A stretch of DNA of 64,000 nt from an uncultured bacterium (GCA_963732385.1 CAVSZB010000007.1:1440001-1504000), one strand, 5' to 3'; numbered from the stretch's first letter, positions 19,769 through 30,009 are shown. Translations and numbers: made by a program. Notes: generated by a model not told the origin, from the sequence alone.

Positions 19769-21226
19769 GTGTCGTCCCAGCCGAACGCCGCCGCCGAATC
19801 CGTGCTCGCCCGCACCGCCGCCCGCTGCCGCGAGCGGGGGGTCGTCATCCCCACGCTGGCCGAGATGCGCGATCCCGCGCGGATCCCCGCAAAGATCCGC
19901 CAGCGCCTCGGCAAAGTCCATCTTTGGGATGTCGATCCGGTCAACCTCTTCCGCATCACCTGGAAGAACGACCCAAAGACCGGCCTGTTCAACGACGGCA
20001 ACTGGCTGGAATTCCCGCCCGAGCTGACCGGCATCGACGCCCGCATCGTCGGCGTGGTCGGCAAGTGGTTCCCGACCGGGTCGCACAAGGTCGGCGCCGG
20101 TTTCGGCTGTCTGGCGCCACGGCTGGTGACGGGACAGTTCGACCCCACGACGCAGGTGGCGGTGTGGCCGAGCACCGGCAACTACTGCCGCGGCGGCGCC
20201 TTCGACTGCGCGCTGCTGGGCTGCCGTTCGCTCGCGATTCTGCCCGAGGAGATGAGCCGGGAGCGCTTCGAATGGCTCCGCTCGATCGGCGCGGAGATCA
20301 TCGCCACGCCCGGCTGCGAGTCGAACGTGAAGGAGATCTACGACGAGTGCTGGAACATCCGCAAGACGCGGCCCGAGTGCGTGATCTTCAATCAGTTCGA
20401 GGAGTTCGGCAACCCGATCTGGCACTACCACGTCACCGGCGCGATCGTCGACGAACTGTTCACGCGACTTGCCGGACCCCGCGACCGCCTGGCCGGCTTC
20501 ACCTCCGCCACCGGCTCCGCCGGCACGATCGGCGCCGCCGACTTCCTGCGCACCCGCCATCCATCGCTGCGGGTGGCGGCCGTGGAGGCGCTGCAGTGCC
20601 CCACGCTCCTGCAGAACGGCTTCGGCGCGCATCGCATCGAGGGGATCGGCGACAAGCACGTGCCCTGGATCCACAACGTGCGCAACACCGATTTCGTGGC
20701 CGCCATCGACGACGCGCAGTGCCTCGACATCATGCGCCTGTTCAACGAGCCGGAGGGGCAGACCGAGCTGGAACGTGCCGGTGTCCCGCTCGCGCTCGTG
20801 GAGCAGCTGCCGCTGCTGGGCATCTCCGGCATCTGCAATCTGGTCGCGGCGATCAAGCTGGCGCGGTACTACGAAATGGACCGTCAGGACTTCATCTTCG
20901 TGCCGCTGACCGACTCGATGGAGCTTTACCAGTCGCGGCTGCAGGAGCATCGCCAGGAGCGCGGCCGCTACGACCGCGAACAGGCCGTGGCCGCCCACCA
21001 GCGCTGGCTCCTGGGCGCCCTCCCCGACCATGTGCGAGAGCTCGGCTACCGGGACCGCAAGGCGCTGCATAACCTGAAGTACTTCACATGGGTCGAGCAG
21101 CAGGGCCGCACGGTGGAGGACCTGCGCCGCCTCTGGGATCCCGACTTCTGGGTCGAGACCTACGCCGTGGCCGACGAGTGGGACCGCCGGATCGACGCCT
21201 TCAACGCGCGGGTGGCGGCGGGCTGA
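19769..21226 (+). CDS. PLP-dependent enzyme, fold-type II (cysteine synthase/threonine synthase/DAP ammonia-lyase superfamily)
   Basis: FPTGSHK (Schiff-base Lys), PSTGNY, ATGSAGT, IEGIG. GTG start after GAGGAG. Confidence 0.85.
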   Translation: MSSQPNAAAESVLARTAARCRERGVVIPTLAEMRDPARIPAKIRQRLGKVHLWDVDPVNLFRITWKNDPKTGLFNDGNWLEFPPELTGIDARIVGVVGKWFPTGSHKVGAGFGCLAPRLVTGQFDPTTQVAVWPSTGNYCRGGAFDCALLGCRSLAILPEEMSRERFEWLRSIGAEIIATPGCESNVKEIYDECWNIRKTRPECVIFNQFEEFGNPIWHYHVTGAIVDELFTRLAGPRDRLAGFTSATGSAGTIGAADFLRTRHPSLRVAAVEALQCPTLLQNGFGAHRIEGIGDKHVPWIHNVRNTDFVAAIDDAQCLDIMRLFNEPEGQTELERAGVPLALVEQLPLLGISGICNLVAAIKLARYYEMDRQDFIFVPLTDSMELYQSRLQEHRQERGRYDREQAVAAHQRWLLGALPDHVRELGYRDRKALHNLKYFTWVEQQGRTVEDLRRLWDPDFWVETYAVADEWDRRIDAFNARVAAG

Positions 21227-21749
21227 CCACGCCCGTCAACTCCAGCGCCCGGCCGCGCAGCCGGTAGGAACGCGCCTCCCGCCGCGTCGGGCAGCACATC
21301 GGGTCATCCGGGCCCTGCGTGACCAGGTCCACTACAACCTGACCATCCTCGATGCGCAGCCGCTCGATCTTCACCCGGTCGCCGAGGAATGTCGTGCCGG
21401 GGTTGAGCGGCCGTCCCTGCCGGTTGAACACCGGCGCGAGCTGCACGAACACCCCGCTGCCGCCGGTTTCGCAGGCGAGCAGCACCGCCGCGTCGATGGC
21501 GCCGTCGCCGTCAAGATCGCCGAACGCCGTCCGGTCGAGCAGCGTGATCCGCACCGGGGTCTCCCCGTCGTTCTCGTACCGCCCGTCGTGCAGCGAAACC
21601 CGCCCCTGCTCCACGTACTCCGCGTGGTAGGACGCGTTGCGCAGCGCCTCGGCGGTCAGCGGCGGTGAGGCGCCCCGCTCGCACCCCGCCGCCCCCGCGC
21701 CCAGCAGCGCCACCGCCGCGGCCAGGACCTGCAGGCGTTGTCGATTCAC
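21201..21749 (-). CDS. Putative lipoprotein (LppP/LprE-like)
   Basis: Lipobox GAAGC; GDLDGDG..DA; GGSG; PDDPMCCPT. GTG start after GGAGG. Confidence 0.7.
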   Translation of the reverse strand: MNRQRLQVLAAAVALLGAGAAGCERGASPPLTAEALRNASYHAEYVEQGRVSLHDGRYENDGETPVRITLLDRTAFGDLDGDGAIDAAVLLACETGGSGVFVQLAPVFNRQGRPLNPGTTFLGDRVKIERLRIEDGQVVVDLVTQGPDDPMCCPTRREARSYRLRGRALELTGVVSPPPPAR

Positions 21750-21865
21750 CCGCCGACCCCCTCCACGAGTGGACCCGCCAGCGGCGATGAATCCTGCGGC
21801 GGCATCCCCATGGCCGTCCACCCCTCGCGCAACGGCCTGCAGACGCCGACGACCCTCCGTCCGCA

Positions 21866-23065
21866 TCAGCCCACCCGTCGCAGCCACAGCCCCTTCAGGT
21901 ATTCCCCTTCGCGGTGGCAGGCATTGAACGGATGATCGGCGCCGGCGCCGAGTCGGCCGAGCACCTGCAGTTCCTGCCTCGCCTCCTTCGCCGCCTCGAA
22001 CACGATCTGCTGGAACAGGATCAGGTTGACCGCCTGGCTGCAGGAGAAGGTCAGCAATTGTCCGCCGGGGGCGAGTCGCTCGAGCGCCAGTCGATTGATG
22101 TCGTGGTAGCCACGGGCGGCGTCGGTCACCTCCCCCTCGCGGCGGGCGAATTTCGGCGGATCGAGCACGATCAGGCCGTAGCGGGACCGGTCGGCGCGCA
22201 GGTGGTGGAAGACGTCGGCGCGCACACAGCGCGCCGCGGCGTCGGCAAAACCGTTGCGCTCGAGGTTCGCGCGGGCGAGTTCCACCGCGTCGCGGGAAAG
22301 GTCCACCGAGACGACCGGCGCGCCTCCCCCCGCCGCCGCGTGCACCGAGAAACCCCCGGTGTAGCAGAAGCAGTTGAGCACCGGCACGCCACGCGACAGC
22401 TGTCCGGCCAGCCGACGATTGTCGCGCTGGTCAAGGTAGAAACCGGTCTTGTGCCCCCGGGCCGGATCGGTGGCGAACTCCAGCCCCCCCTCGCGGATCA
22501 CCAGCGGCGACGGCAGCGCTCCCGACAGCAGGCCCACCGCCGACGCCAGCCCCTCCTCGCCCCGCAGCGGCGAGTCGCTGCGCTCGTAGATGAAGGCGGG
22601 GGCGATCCGTTCGCGCAACATTTCCAGCAGATTGCTCCGTGAGCGCTCCATGCCGGCGGTGAGAAACTGCACGCACAGCCCCGAGCCATAGCGGTCGACG
22701 ATCAGGCCCGGCAGGAAATCGCCCTCGCTGTTGACGAGACGCCAGGCATCGGTGCCGTCATCCCCGGACGCGAGACGCGCCCGGAGCGCGAGCGCCGCGT
22801 CGAGACGCGCCGCCCAGAGCCGGGGACCGGGAGGCTCGTCGCGCGAAACCACCCGGCAGACGATCTGGGAATTGGCGTTGAGGTAGCCGAAACCGAGCCG
22901 CTCGCCGGCGGCCGAGAGAATCGCGCAGGGATCGCCGGGGAACCGATACCCCTCCAGCCGCTCGATCGAGCCGGAGAAGATCCAGGGGTGACCGCCCAGC
23001 ACCGGCTTTTCGCGACCGGGGCGCAGGATCGCCTGCGCGAGGCGCGCGTTCCGCCCGGTGGTCAC
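21866..23065 (-). CDS. rlmI: 23S rRNA m5C1962-type SAM methyltransferase
   Basis: PUA domain GHPWIF, SEGDFLPGL.VD, KTGFYLDQRDNR, FCYTGGF, LDPPKF, EGEYLK. Confidence 0.92.
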   Translation of the reverse strand: MTTGRNARLAQAILRPGREKPVLGGHPWIFSGSIERLEGYRFPGDPCAILSAAGERLGFGYLNANSQIVCRVVSRDEPPGPRLWAARLDAALALRARLASGDDGTDAWRLVNSEGDFLPGLIVDRYGSGLCVQFLTAGMERSRSNLLEMLRERIAPAFIYERSDSPLRGEEGLASAVGLLSGALPSPLVIREGGLEFATDPARGHKTGFYLDQRDNRRLAGQLSRGVPVLNCFCYTGGFSVHAAAGGGAPVVSVDLSRDAVELARANLERNGFADAAARCVRADVFHHLRADRSRYGLIVLDPPKFARREGEVTDAARGYHDINRLALERLAPGGQLLTFSCSQAVNLILFQQIVFEAAKEARQELQVLGRLGAGADHPFNACHREGEYLKGLWLRRVG

Positions 23066-24000
23066 GGAGCGCCGCCCTTGCGACCGCCTTTGCCGCCGCC
23101 CGGCCCGCCGCCGTGGGACGGCGTGCCCCGCCCGCCACGCACTCCGGACGACTGGCCCGTGGATTTCTGCCGCGGCGACGCCCGACGCGCCTTCGGCCGC
23201 CCGCGACGGATCGTCTCGATCTCACCCACCGTGAGTGGCCGCACCTCGCCCGGGGCGAGCTCGCCGAGGCTGACCGGGCCGATGCGGACCCGGTGCAGGA
23301 CCAGGATCTCGTGGCGCAGGACGCTGAACAGGCGCCGGATCTGGCGGATCTTGCCCTCGGGCATGACCAGTCGCAACAGAGTCTCCGTGTCGTCGGCCTC
23401 TTCGATCTTCGCGGTCAGCGGCTTCACAAAACCGATTTTCGGGATCGTGATGCCGGTCATCAACAGATCGAACTCCAGTTCGGCAAACACGCCGGCGATA
23501 CGCACCAGGTACTCCTTGTCGAACCCGGCGCCTCCGGCCGCGTTGACGTTCCAGGCCGCATCGTTGGACAGGAGAACCAGGCCGGTGGTATCGGCGTCGA
23601 GACGGTCGGCCGGGCGCAGCCCGCGGATGCCGGACGGGAACAACCCGGCCGTGGCCCGTCGCTTGTCACGCTCGCCAGGACCGATCGCCAGGTGTTGCGG
23701 CTTGTGGAAGGCGAAATAGCGCCGCGGCACTTCGCTGATGCGCTGGCCGTCGATCCGGATCTCGGCGTCCGCGGCCACGCCGGTCTGCGGCTCGCGCACG
23801 ATGACGCCGTCAACCCGCACGCGCCCCGTGCGCACGATCGTTTCGGCCTGCGGACGGGTGCCATAGCCGGCCCTGGCGATGATCCGGGCCAGGCCGCACA
23901 GCTTGGTCGACGGCTCGTCCGGAGTGGCGTCCGGGACCGACCCCGGCGCGCGATCGGAGGCGGCTGCGCTGGCGCCGGCGGCGGGGATATCGTCGTCCAT
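23062..24000 (-). CDS. RsuA/RluB-family pseudouridine synthase (S4 + catalytic domain), divergent
   Basis: S4-like 'GRVRVDG'; RLDADTTGL; KEYLV; EGK.RQIRR; LHRVRIG. RBS AGGAG. Confidence 0.85.
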   Translation of the reverse strand: MDDDIPAAGASAAASDRAPGSVPDATPDEPSTKLCGLARIIARAGYGTRPQAETIVRTGRVRVDGVIVREPQTGVAADAEIRIDGQRISEVPRRYFAFHKPQHLAIGPGERDKRRATAGLFPSGIRGLRPADRLDADTTGLVLLSNDAAWNVNAAGGAGFDKEYLVRIAGVFAELEFDLLMTGITIPKIGFVKPLTAKIEEADDTETLLRLVMPEGKIRQIRRLFSVLRHEILVLHRVRIGPVSLGELAPGEVRPLTVGEIETIRRGRPKARRASPRQKSTGQSSGVRGGRGTPSHGGGPGGGKGGRKGGAP

Positions 24001-24113
24001 GCACCCTCTCCTGCGGAAGTCGGGCGGGCGGGCCGCGCCGGCCCGGCGAAGGATCGCGCATACCCACAGGCATTGCAACCCGCGGGGTCGCCGCCACCGC
24101 GGGCCGGTCCACC

Positions 24114-24731
24114 TCAGATCAGCGCCACCGCCCGCACGGGTGACGCCTCGGTGCCCTCGAGCTTGAGCGGCAGCACCAGGAAATCGAACCGCCCGGCCGG
24201 CAGCGCCGCCAGGTTGGCCAGGTTCTCGACGTTGATCAGGCCGGCGGCCGCGAACAGGTCGTGGCAGAACCGTCCGCCGAGGGGATCGAGACTCGGCGAA
24301 TCGAGACCGACCCCCTTGAGCCCCGCCCCCGCCAGTGCGCGGGCCAGCGCCGGCGACAGCCATGGCCAGTCGCGATAGTAGCGCGGCGTACCCCAGTATC
24401 GCTCCCACCCCGTGCGCAGGATCAGGTAGTCGACCGGGTCAAGATCGAGACCCGCCACGATTTCCGGCGGGATCTCCCCCGTCGGCGCGTCGACCACGAT
24501 GCCCCGGCCGTGAAACCGCTCGATCGGCATCGCCTCGAGTCCCGGCTGACCGTCGAGGAAATGCAGGGGGGTGTCGAGGTGCGTGCCGAGGTGGCAGGTG
24601 AAATCGAGCGCCGACACCAGGTGTCCCCCCTCGGCGAACGTCATGCGGCGGATGACACGCGGCGGCGGCGCATCGCCCGGATACTGGGCCATGCCATCGC
24701 GAATCGTGTGACTGAGGTCGATGATCGGCAT
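24114..24731 (-). CDS. Cyclase family protein (kynurenine formamidase-like metal hydrolase)
   Basis: IIDLSH, HLGTHLDTPLH (HxGTHxDxPxH), VENLANL, EASPVRAVA. Confidence 0.9.
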   Translation of the reverse strand: MPIIDLSHTIRDGMAQYPGDAPPPRVIRRMTFAEGGHLVSALDFTCHLGTHLDTPLHFLDGQPGLEAMPIERFHGRGIVVDAPTGEIPPEIVAGLDLDPVDYLILRTGWERYWGTPRYYRDWPWLSPALARALAGAGLKGVGLDSPSLDPLGGRFCHDLFAAAGLINVENLANLAALPAGRFDFLVLPLKLEGTEASPVRAVALI

Positions 24732-24775
24732 CGCGTTCCTTTCCGCGCCGGCGGCACCTTCCGTCGCGTGGCGCG

Positions 24776-25090
24776 TCACCCGCCCGAATGCTCCGACCAG
24801 GTGGCCACGTCCCGGTGCAGCGCGGCCACTTCGAATTCCGACGCGTAGATCAGCCGCTCGGCAACGGCCAGCCGCGTTTCGAGTTGCGCCACGCTGCCCG
24901 ACACGTCCGTGATCGCCAGGAACAGACGCTGTCTCAGATCGGCCGGCCCGACCTGGGCAACCGCGAAATCGAGGCTGTGCAGCTTCTGGACGAGCGGACG
25001 CACCGCACCGCGCCGTTCCTTGAGCGAAGCGGCGTGCGGCAGTACGAGGTCGGCCACCAGCGTGCCGGTGTGGACGCGCACATCATCCAT
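24776..25090 (-). CDS. DUF503 (YlxP-like) protein
   Basis: 'G.L...L.LP.A.SLKE.R..V..LV' and AVAQVG..DL.Q pattern; about 100 aa. Confidence 0.8.
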   Translation of the reverse strand: MDDVRVHTGTLVADLVLPHAASLKERRGAVRPLVQKLHSLDFAVAQVGPADLRQRLFLAITDVSGSVAQLETRLAVAERLIYASEFEVAALHRDVATWSEHSGG

Positions 25091-25159
25091 GGCGTAAGCG
25101 CGGCGGGACAGAAACCGCGTCCCCGTCCCGCCGCACGCCCGAGGCTGCCGACCCGATCT

Positions 25160-27991
25160 TCACTTTGTCAACATCATCTTGCGGGTGGCGACCTGCCCGC
25201 CGCTGGCCAGCCGCGCCAGATAGGCCCCCGACGGCACCGCCCGACCTGCGTCATCGAGGCCATCCCACTCGTACGTTGCCGTTCCGGCCGGCAGATCGTC
25301 CCGCACCAGGGCCCGCACGCGACGTCCCTGCAGATCGAGGATCTCCACCGTCGTCAGGCCGGGAACCGCCAGCGTGAAACTGATCTGAGTGAACGGGTTG
25401 AAGGGGTTCGGATGGTTGCCGGCCAGCCGGAACGCCGGCGGCGGGCCGCCCGAGGCGTCGACGATCAGTTCCACCGGCAAGACAGCGGGGCTGCCGGCGG
25501 CGTCGTGCACGATGACGAGCACTGCGGCGTACGTCCCTTCCGCCAGGACGGCGGCGTCGAAGTCGAGGGTCAGCATCTGCTCGATCCCCTGCGCGACGGA
25601 GCCCGCAAACGGCTCGACCGTCAGCCACGGCACGGGGTCGTAGACCAGGACATCGCCATCGCTCACATCGACCACCGATCCGTCGGGAACCCCCACCCGC
25701 AGGCGCAGGTTCGCGGTCGCGGGGCCGGTCACCGGCCAGTCAAAGACGCCGTCGTTCGGGATCGCGGCAACGAGCGTCTCCCACGTGGATCCCCCGTCGC
25801 GACTCCCGTCCAGGGTCACGTCAGGCACCAGACCGGTGTGGTTCCAGGTGATGGTCGCGGTCTCCCCGACCGGCCACAACTCGCCGCCGGCTGGCGAGGT
25901 CACCGTGAGAGTCGGACCGGAAGGTGGCGCCAGCGTGAACAGCCCGCTCACGACGTGGGGGGCATCGCCATTGATGTCGCCGGCAAGGGTGAAGGGAATA
26001 CTCAGGGCGCCTTCCAGACCGGCGGCAAAAGTCACGTTCACGGTGGCGGTGGCCGTCTGACCCTCGCCCCAGACATTTCCGTAGTCCCCGTTCCGGTCGG
26101 TCCAGGTGACGAAGGCGCCGTCTCCGATCGAGCCGTCGGTCACGAGGGGGCCGTCCGTGCCGCCGACGAAGTCGGTCGAACCGGTCACCGTCACGCCGGC
26201 CGGGAAGTCGATCGCCGCGCTCACCAGCCACTCATCGTCGGGACTCGGATTCGTCACGGTCAGCGCCAGCGTGGCGCCCGCGCCCGGCAGATAGGCGGCC
26301 GGGCTGCTGACGACCATCGCTCCGGCGATGCTCTTGCCCCCCCCCGCCGTCGGCAGCGCCAGCATGGTCGCGGCCGTGTAGTGGATGAGGGAGCCGATTT
26401 CGCCTGAGTTCGCGAGCCTGACCTCCGCGCTGCCGGTCTCGCCCGGACCGAGCGTCCGGCTGACCGACTCCTGAGACACCGTCAGCAACGGATCTGCCGG
26501 ACCGGGCGTGACGGTGAGGGTATAGCCCTGCGGCGCCCCACCGATCGCCCCGTTGCCCACCACGAACCCGAGCGCCGCGATTTCGGACAGCGGCACGGGG
26601 AGGCTGGCGTCGCCGTCATTCGCAGCGTCGAGGATGATCGGATGGAACAGGGCCGTGCCGTCGGTCCGGGTGATGACCGCCGTCAGGCGCAACTGCGAAC
26701 CGTCGGCGCCGGCGAACTGCACGCGCACGCGGCCCGTCACGGTCGGCAGCGATATGCAGCGCACGAAACCGGCGGCCAGGTAGGACACCGACCCGCCGAC
26801 CGCCGCCGGGTAGGCGGCCAGCGTGGCGGCCGGACCGGTGGGATACGCCGCGGCCTCGCCATACCCGGCCCCGGCCACGGCGCGCGTGCCGGTGAGAAAA
26901 TTCCAGGCGGCGAAGGTCGGCCAGCCCAGCGCCACCGACGACCCGCGGTCAGTGAGCATATGATTGTAGGAGACCATCACGGGCTCGCCCTGATGCGTCT
27001 TCCGCCGGTTCCAGAAGTCGATGATGATCTGGTTGCCCCAGGTCTCGGTCAGCCAGTGCTGGAAGACGCAGTCCTCGTAGGAACCGCCGGCGCCCCCGTT
27101 GTCCAGCGAGGTCGCGGGGGCGCTGATAGGACTGCCAATGGGCAGGTAATTGTAGTAATCATTCACAAAGTCGTACGCGACGTCCTCCATCCAGGTCGCG
27201 TCGAGCTCCACCCAGCCCCCCTCCGACCAGAGCGACCCCGCCCGCTGCGAGGCGTGCTTGAATTCGTGCGCCACCGTCACTTTGGCCGCGCCCCACTGAT
27301 TCCCCTCGGGATCGGTGTTGGGCGGAAAATCGAGATACGTGTTGTGCAGGGTGATCCGCGTGGCACCGGTCGGGAAAGTGAGAGGCGTGGTATAGCCGTA
27401 GAAGCCCATGGCCTCGAAATTGATCTGATAGCGTCCGGAGCCGAGCGGGGGCGGGGTGAAACCGAGCGTCTCGATCTCGTAGATCCAGCACTCGTCGCAA
27501 TAGGACGCCACCTTCTCGACAAAGTCCGGAATGCCGTTGGCAGGCGTGGTGTCGGTCGCCGGGACGGCGTTCGTGCCGATCGTGTCGTAGGTCAGCGTGA
27601 AGTGACCGCCGGGACTGTTGTAGATCGCCTTGTCGGCCCCCTCCGGCGCGGGCGCCAGCCAGGCATCGATCCGCGTGACCTCCGCCGGCGCCAGCCGGCC
27701 GCGCATCCGCTCGAACTCGGCGATCAGCGCCGTGCCGCACTTGAGCGGCACCCGCCTCTCCACCTGGAAGCGGGCCGGCAGCGTTTCCGGCGCGAAGCCG
27801 TAGGCGAATTTGCAGACCAGCGCCTCCCCCTCCGAGATCTCCCCCGCGGCGACCGCGGCCTCCACGCCGGCCAGAAAACGCACGCCGGCGTTCGGGAGCA
27901 CGGCAGAGTCGCGAGCGAAGGCGGAACCAGGCGAAAGCCCGCCACCCGGAGCCGGGAAGGCCAACAGGATGAGCAAAAGGCGACGGTTCAT
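25160..27991 (-). CDS. Secreted HExxH metalloprotease (MXAN_6640-like) with Ig domains and FlgD-Ig CTD
   Basis: Signal peptide; LKCGT cysteine-switch-like motif; AHEFKHA; W..E..ATWMED; SPAGGE Ig domain; NHPNPFNP CTD. Confidence 0.82.
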   Translation of the reverse strand: MNRRLLLILLAFPAPGGGLSPGSAFARDSAVLPNAGVRFLAGVEAAVAAGEISEGEALVCKFAYGFAPETLPARFQVERRVPLKCGTALIAEFERMRGRLAPAEVTRIDAWLAPAPEGADKAIYNSPGGHFTLTYDTIGTNAVPATDTTPANGIPDFVEKVASYCDECWIYEIETLGFTPPPLGSGRYQINFEAMGFYGYTTPLTFPTGATRITLHNTYLDFPPNTDPEGNQWGAAKVTVAHEFKHASQRAGSLWSEGGWVELDATWMEDVAYDFVNDYYNYLPIGSPISAPATSLDNGGAGGSYEDCVFQHWLTETWGNQIIIDFWNRRKTHQGEPVMVSYNHMLTDRGSSVALGWPTFAAWNFLTGTRAVAGAGYGEAAAYPTGPAATLAAYPAAVGGSVSYLAAGFVRCISLPTVTGRVRVQFAGADGSQLRLTAVITRTDGTALFHPIILDAANDGDASLPVPLSEIAALGFVVGNGAIGGAPQGYTLTVTPGPADPLLTVSQESVSRTLGPGETGSAEVRLANSGEIGSLIHYTAATMLALPTAGGGKSIAGAMVVSSPAAYLPGAGATLALTVTNPSPDDEWLVSAAIDFPAGVTVTGSTDFVGGTDGPLVTDGSIGDGAFVTWTDRNGDYGNVWGEGQTATATVNVTFAAGLEGALSIPFTLAGDINGDAPHVVSGLFTLAPPSGPTLTVTSPAGGELWPVGETATITWNHTGLVPDVTLDGSRDGGSTWETLVAAIPNDGVFDWPVTGPATANLRLRVGVPDGSVVDVSDGDVLVYDPVPWLTVEPFAGSVAQGIEQMLTLDFDAAVLAEGTYAAVLVIVHDAAGSPAVLPVELIVDASGGPPPAFRLAGNHPNPFNPFTQISFTLAVPGLTTVEILDLQGRRVRALVRDDLPAGTATYEWDGLDDAGRAVPSGAYLARLASGGQVATRKMMLTK

Positions 27992-28285
27992 ATCCTGCCC
28001 CTGAAAGAGGATGCAACATCGCAGCCGGCATATCGACAAATTCTGGCGAGGAGCCGCGGGCGGGCCGGAAAGCGAACCCCCTAAAATGCACCCAACCCAA
28101 TAGTAACATATGGAGATAAGCCTTGTGCCGCCGAAATTGTTTTCTCCGCCCAGGTGCTCTCATTGGTCTTTTCGTCCGGCGCGAACCGGCCAATTCCGGC
28201 TGGTTGTCGGCTGGGAATCCGGCCGGAAACAACTTCGGCTGCGCCATATTTTGAACATCTGAAATCATTACGGAGCGTGGTGAGG

Positions 28286-28313
28286 TTGACATCCGACCCT
28301 ATTCCGGTACCTT
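28286..28313 (+). promoter_or_regulatory. Putative sigma70 promoter (TTGACA-16-TACCTT)
   Basis: Perfect -35 and a TAnnnT -10 ending 7 nt before ATG 28321. Confidence 0.6.
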
Positions 28314-28320
28314 TCTCCAC

Positions 28321-30009
28321 ATGTCCATCTCACAGCCGCGCCTGACTCCGGCGACCCGAGGTCGACCAACGCGGCGGGTGACGCGATCCCTGCGGGTGCT
28401 CGCTCTGCTCGTCCTCTCCGGAGTCCTGGCCCTCCCCAGACTGCTGCTCTTCCCGGCTCTGCCGGTCCTGCCCGGGTGGTTCTCCATCCCCGGTCTGGCC
28501 ACCATTTCGGCTTTGGCCGGAGGCTGCACGGCGGTCGGGGAGTTGCGGCATGAACTGGCGGCGGCGGGTCCGGCGGTGCCGCGGCCCCAGGTGATGCGTG
28601 ACTTCGACCGGATCCGGCTCGGCGGCACCCTGCGGATGGTCACCCGGGCGAGCGCCAGCAGCTACTTCGTCCACAAGGGGGACGACGCCGGCTTCGAGTT
28701 CGAACTCCTGCGCGACTTCGCGCGGTCGTGGAATCTGAAACTCGAGGTGCTGGTCGTCGACCCGCGGGCCGATCTGATCTCGATTCTTAACAGCGGACAG
28801 GCGGACGTGGCGGCATCGGACCTCGATGTCGATCCCGAGGAGGCCCGGTTCGCCGCCTTCACGAGCCCCTGCAGCCTGGTGCGGCAGGTCCTCGTGCTCA
28901 GGGGCATCGATCCCCGGCCCCGCAACCTCGAGGCGCTCAACGACCTGGCGATCCACGCTCCCGCCGGTTCGGCCGCCTGGCGCGCGGTGGCCGAACTGCG
29001 CGATGCGCTCGGCTATCGCTGCACGCTGGTGCCCTCCGCCCCGGAGCTGTCCGTCGAGGCGTTGATTCAGCGGGTCGCCAGGGGGGAAATCGCGGCCACG
29101 GTGGCGCCGGAGAATCTGGCTCGCGCCGTCCTGCCGCAACTGCCGGGCGCCAGTCTGGGACCGCCGCTCAGCCAGGAGCAGCCGGTCGCCTGGCTGGTGC
29201 GCGACAACAGCCCCGACCTGCTTTCAGCCCTCGACCTCTTCCTGCAGGGGCAGTTCCAGGTCACGGAAGAGGGGGAGCGGCACAGCCTGGCCTACGGATC
29301 GCTTTACGACCGCTATTTCGCCTATCCGGACCGGAGAGGGGTGCAGACCGCCACCGACCGGCCCGACCTGGGCGGCCGACTCTGCCAATATGACGACCTC
29401 ATCCGTGCCGTGGCGGACAGCGCCGGCGTCGACTGGCGGCTGGTGGCGGCGATCATCCACGCGGAGTCGCGTTTCGATCCCCGGGCGGTCAGCCCGGCTG
29501 GCGCGGTCGGCCTGATGCAGGTCCTGCCCTGGAGCGGACGCCCGCCCGCGTGGCAGCTGCGTGACCCCGCCGTCAACGTCCGCGCCGGAGTCCGCCATCT
29601 GATGGCGGTCTACCAGAGTTTTGCCAATCTCGACTCGCTCGACCGCTGGCGTCTGACCCTGGCCACCTATCACGCCGGCATCGGCAACGTCCTGGAGGCG
29701 CGCGACCGGGCCCGGGCCGCGGGGCGCGATCCCCATCGCTGGGATAACGGCGTGGCGTACGGCATGCTGCTGCTGACGAAGGAGAGCCAGGCGGGAACCG
29801 GCCCGGCGTTCCATGGGATGGGCACCATCGAGTATGTCAGGCGGGTGACCGAGCGGTATCGGCGCTACTGCGGCGTGACTCCGCGCAACTCCCCCTCCGG
29901 CTGGCGATCTCCCGCCCTGCCGGTGGACCAGGCAACGACCGGTCCGTTCCGCCCCGCCGGCGATCCGCGCGGCGGAACGTTGGCGCTGGCGACCCGGCTG
30001 GCGCCGTAG
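28321..30009 (+). CDS. mltF: MltF-like lytic transglycosylase (SBP_bac_3 + SLT domains)
   Basis: GFEFELL...A; DWRLVAAIIHAESRFDP.A.S..GA.GLMQV; LATYHAG. Confidence 0.85.
   Translation: MSISQPRLTPATRGRPTRRVTRSLRVLALLVLSGVLALPRLLLFPALPVLPGWFSIPGLATISALAGGCTAVGELRHELAAAGPAVPRPQVMRDFDRIRLGGTLRMVTRASASSYFVHKGDDAGFEFELLRDFARSWNLKLEVLVVDPRADLISILNSGQADVAASDLDVDPEEARFAAFTSPCSLVRQVLVLRGIDPRPRNLEALNDLAIHAPAGSAAWRAVAELRDALGYRCTLVPSAPELSVEALIQRVARGEIAATVAPENLARAVLPQLPGASLGPPLSQEQPVAWLVRDNSPDLLSALDLFLQGQFQVTEEGERHSLAYGSLYDRYFAYPDRRGVQTATDRPDLGGRLCQYDDLIRAVADSAGVDWRLVAAIIHAESRFDPRAVSPAGAVGLMQVLPWSGRPPAWQLRDPAVNVRAGVRHLMAVYQSFANLDSLDRWRLTLATYHAGIGNVLEARDRARAAGRDPHRWDNGVAYGMLLLTKESQAGTGPAFHGMGTIEYVRRVTERYRRYCGVTPRNSPSGWRSPALPVDQATTGPFRPAGDPRGGTLALATRLAP

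Noticed and set aside
28121..28140. Possible sigma54 site CGGCAC-N5-TTATC on the minus strand
   Set aside because: The -12 element lacks the required GC.
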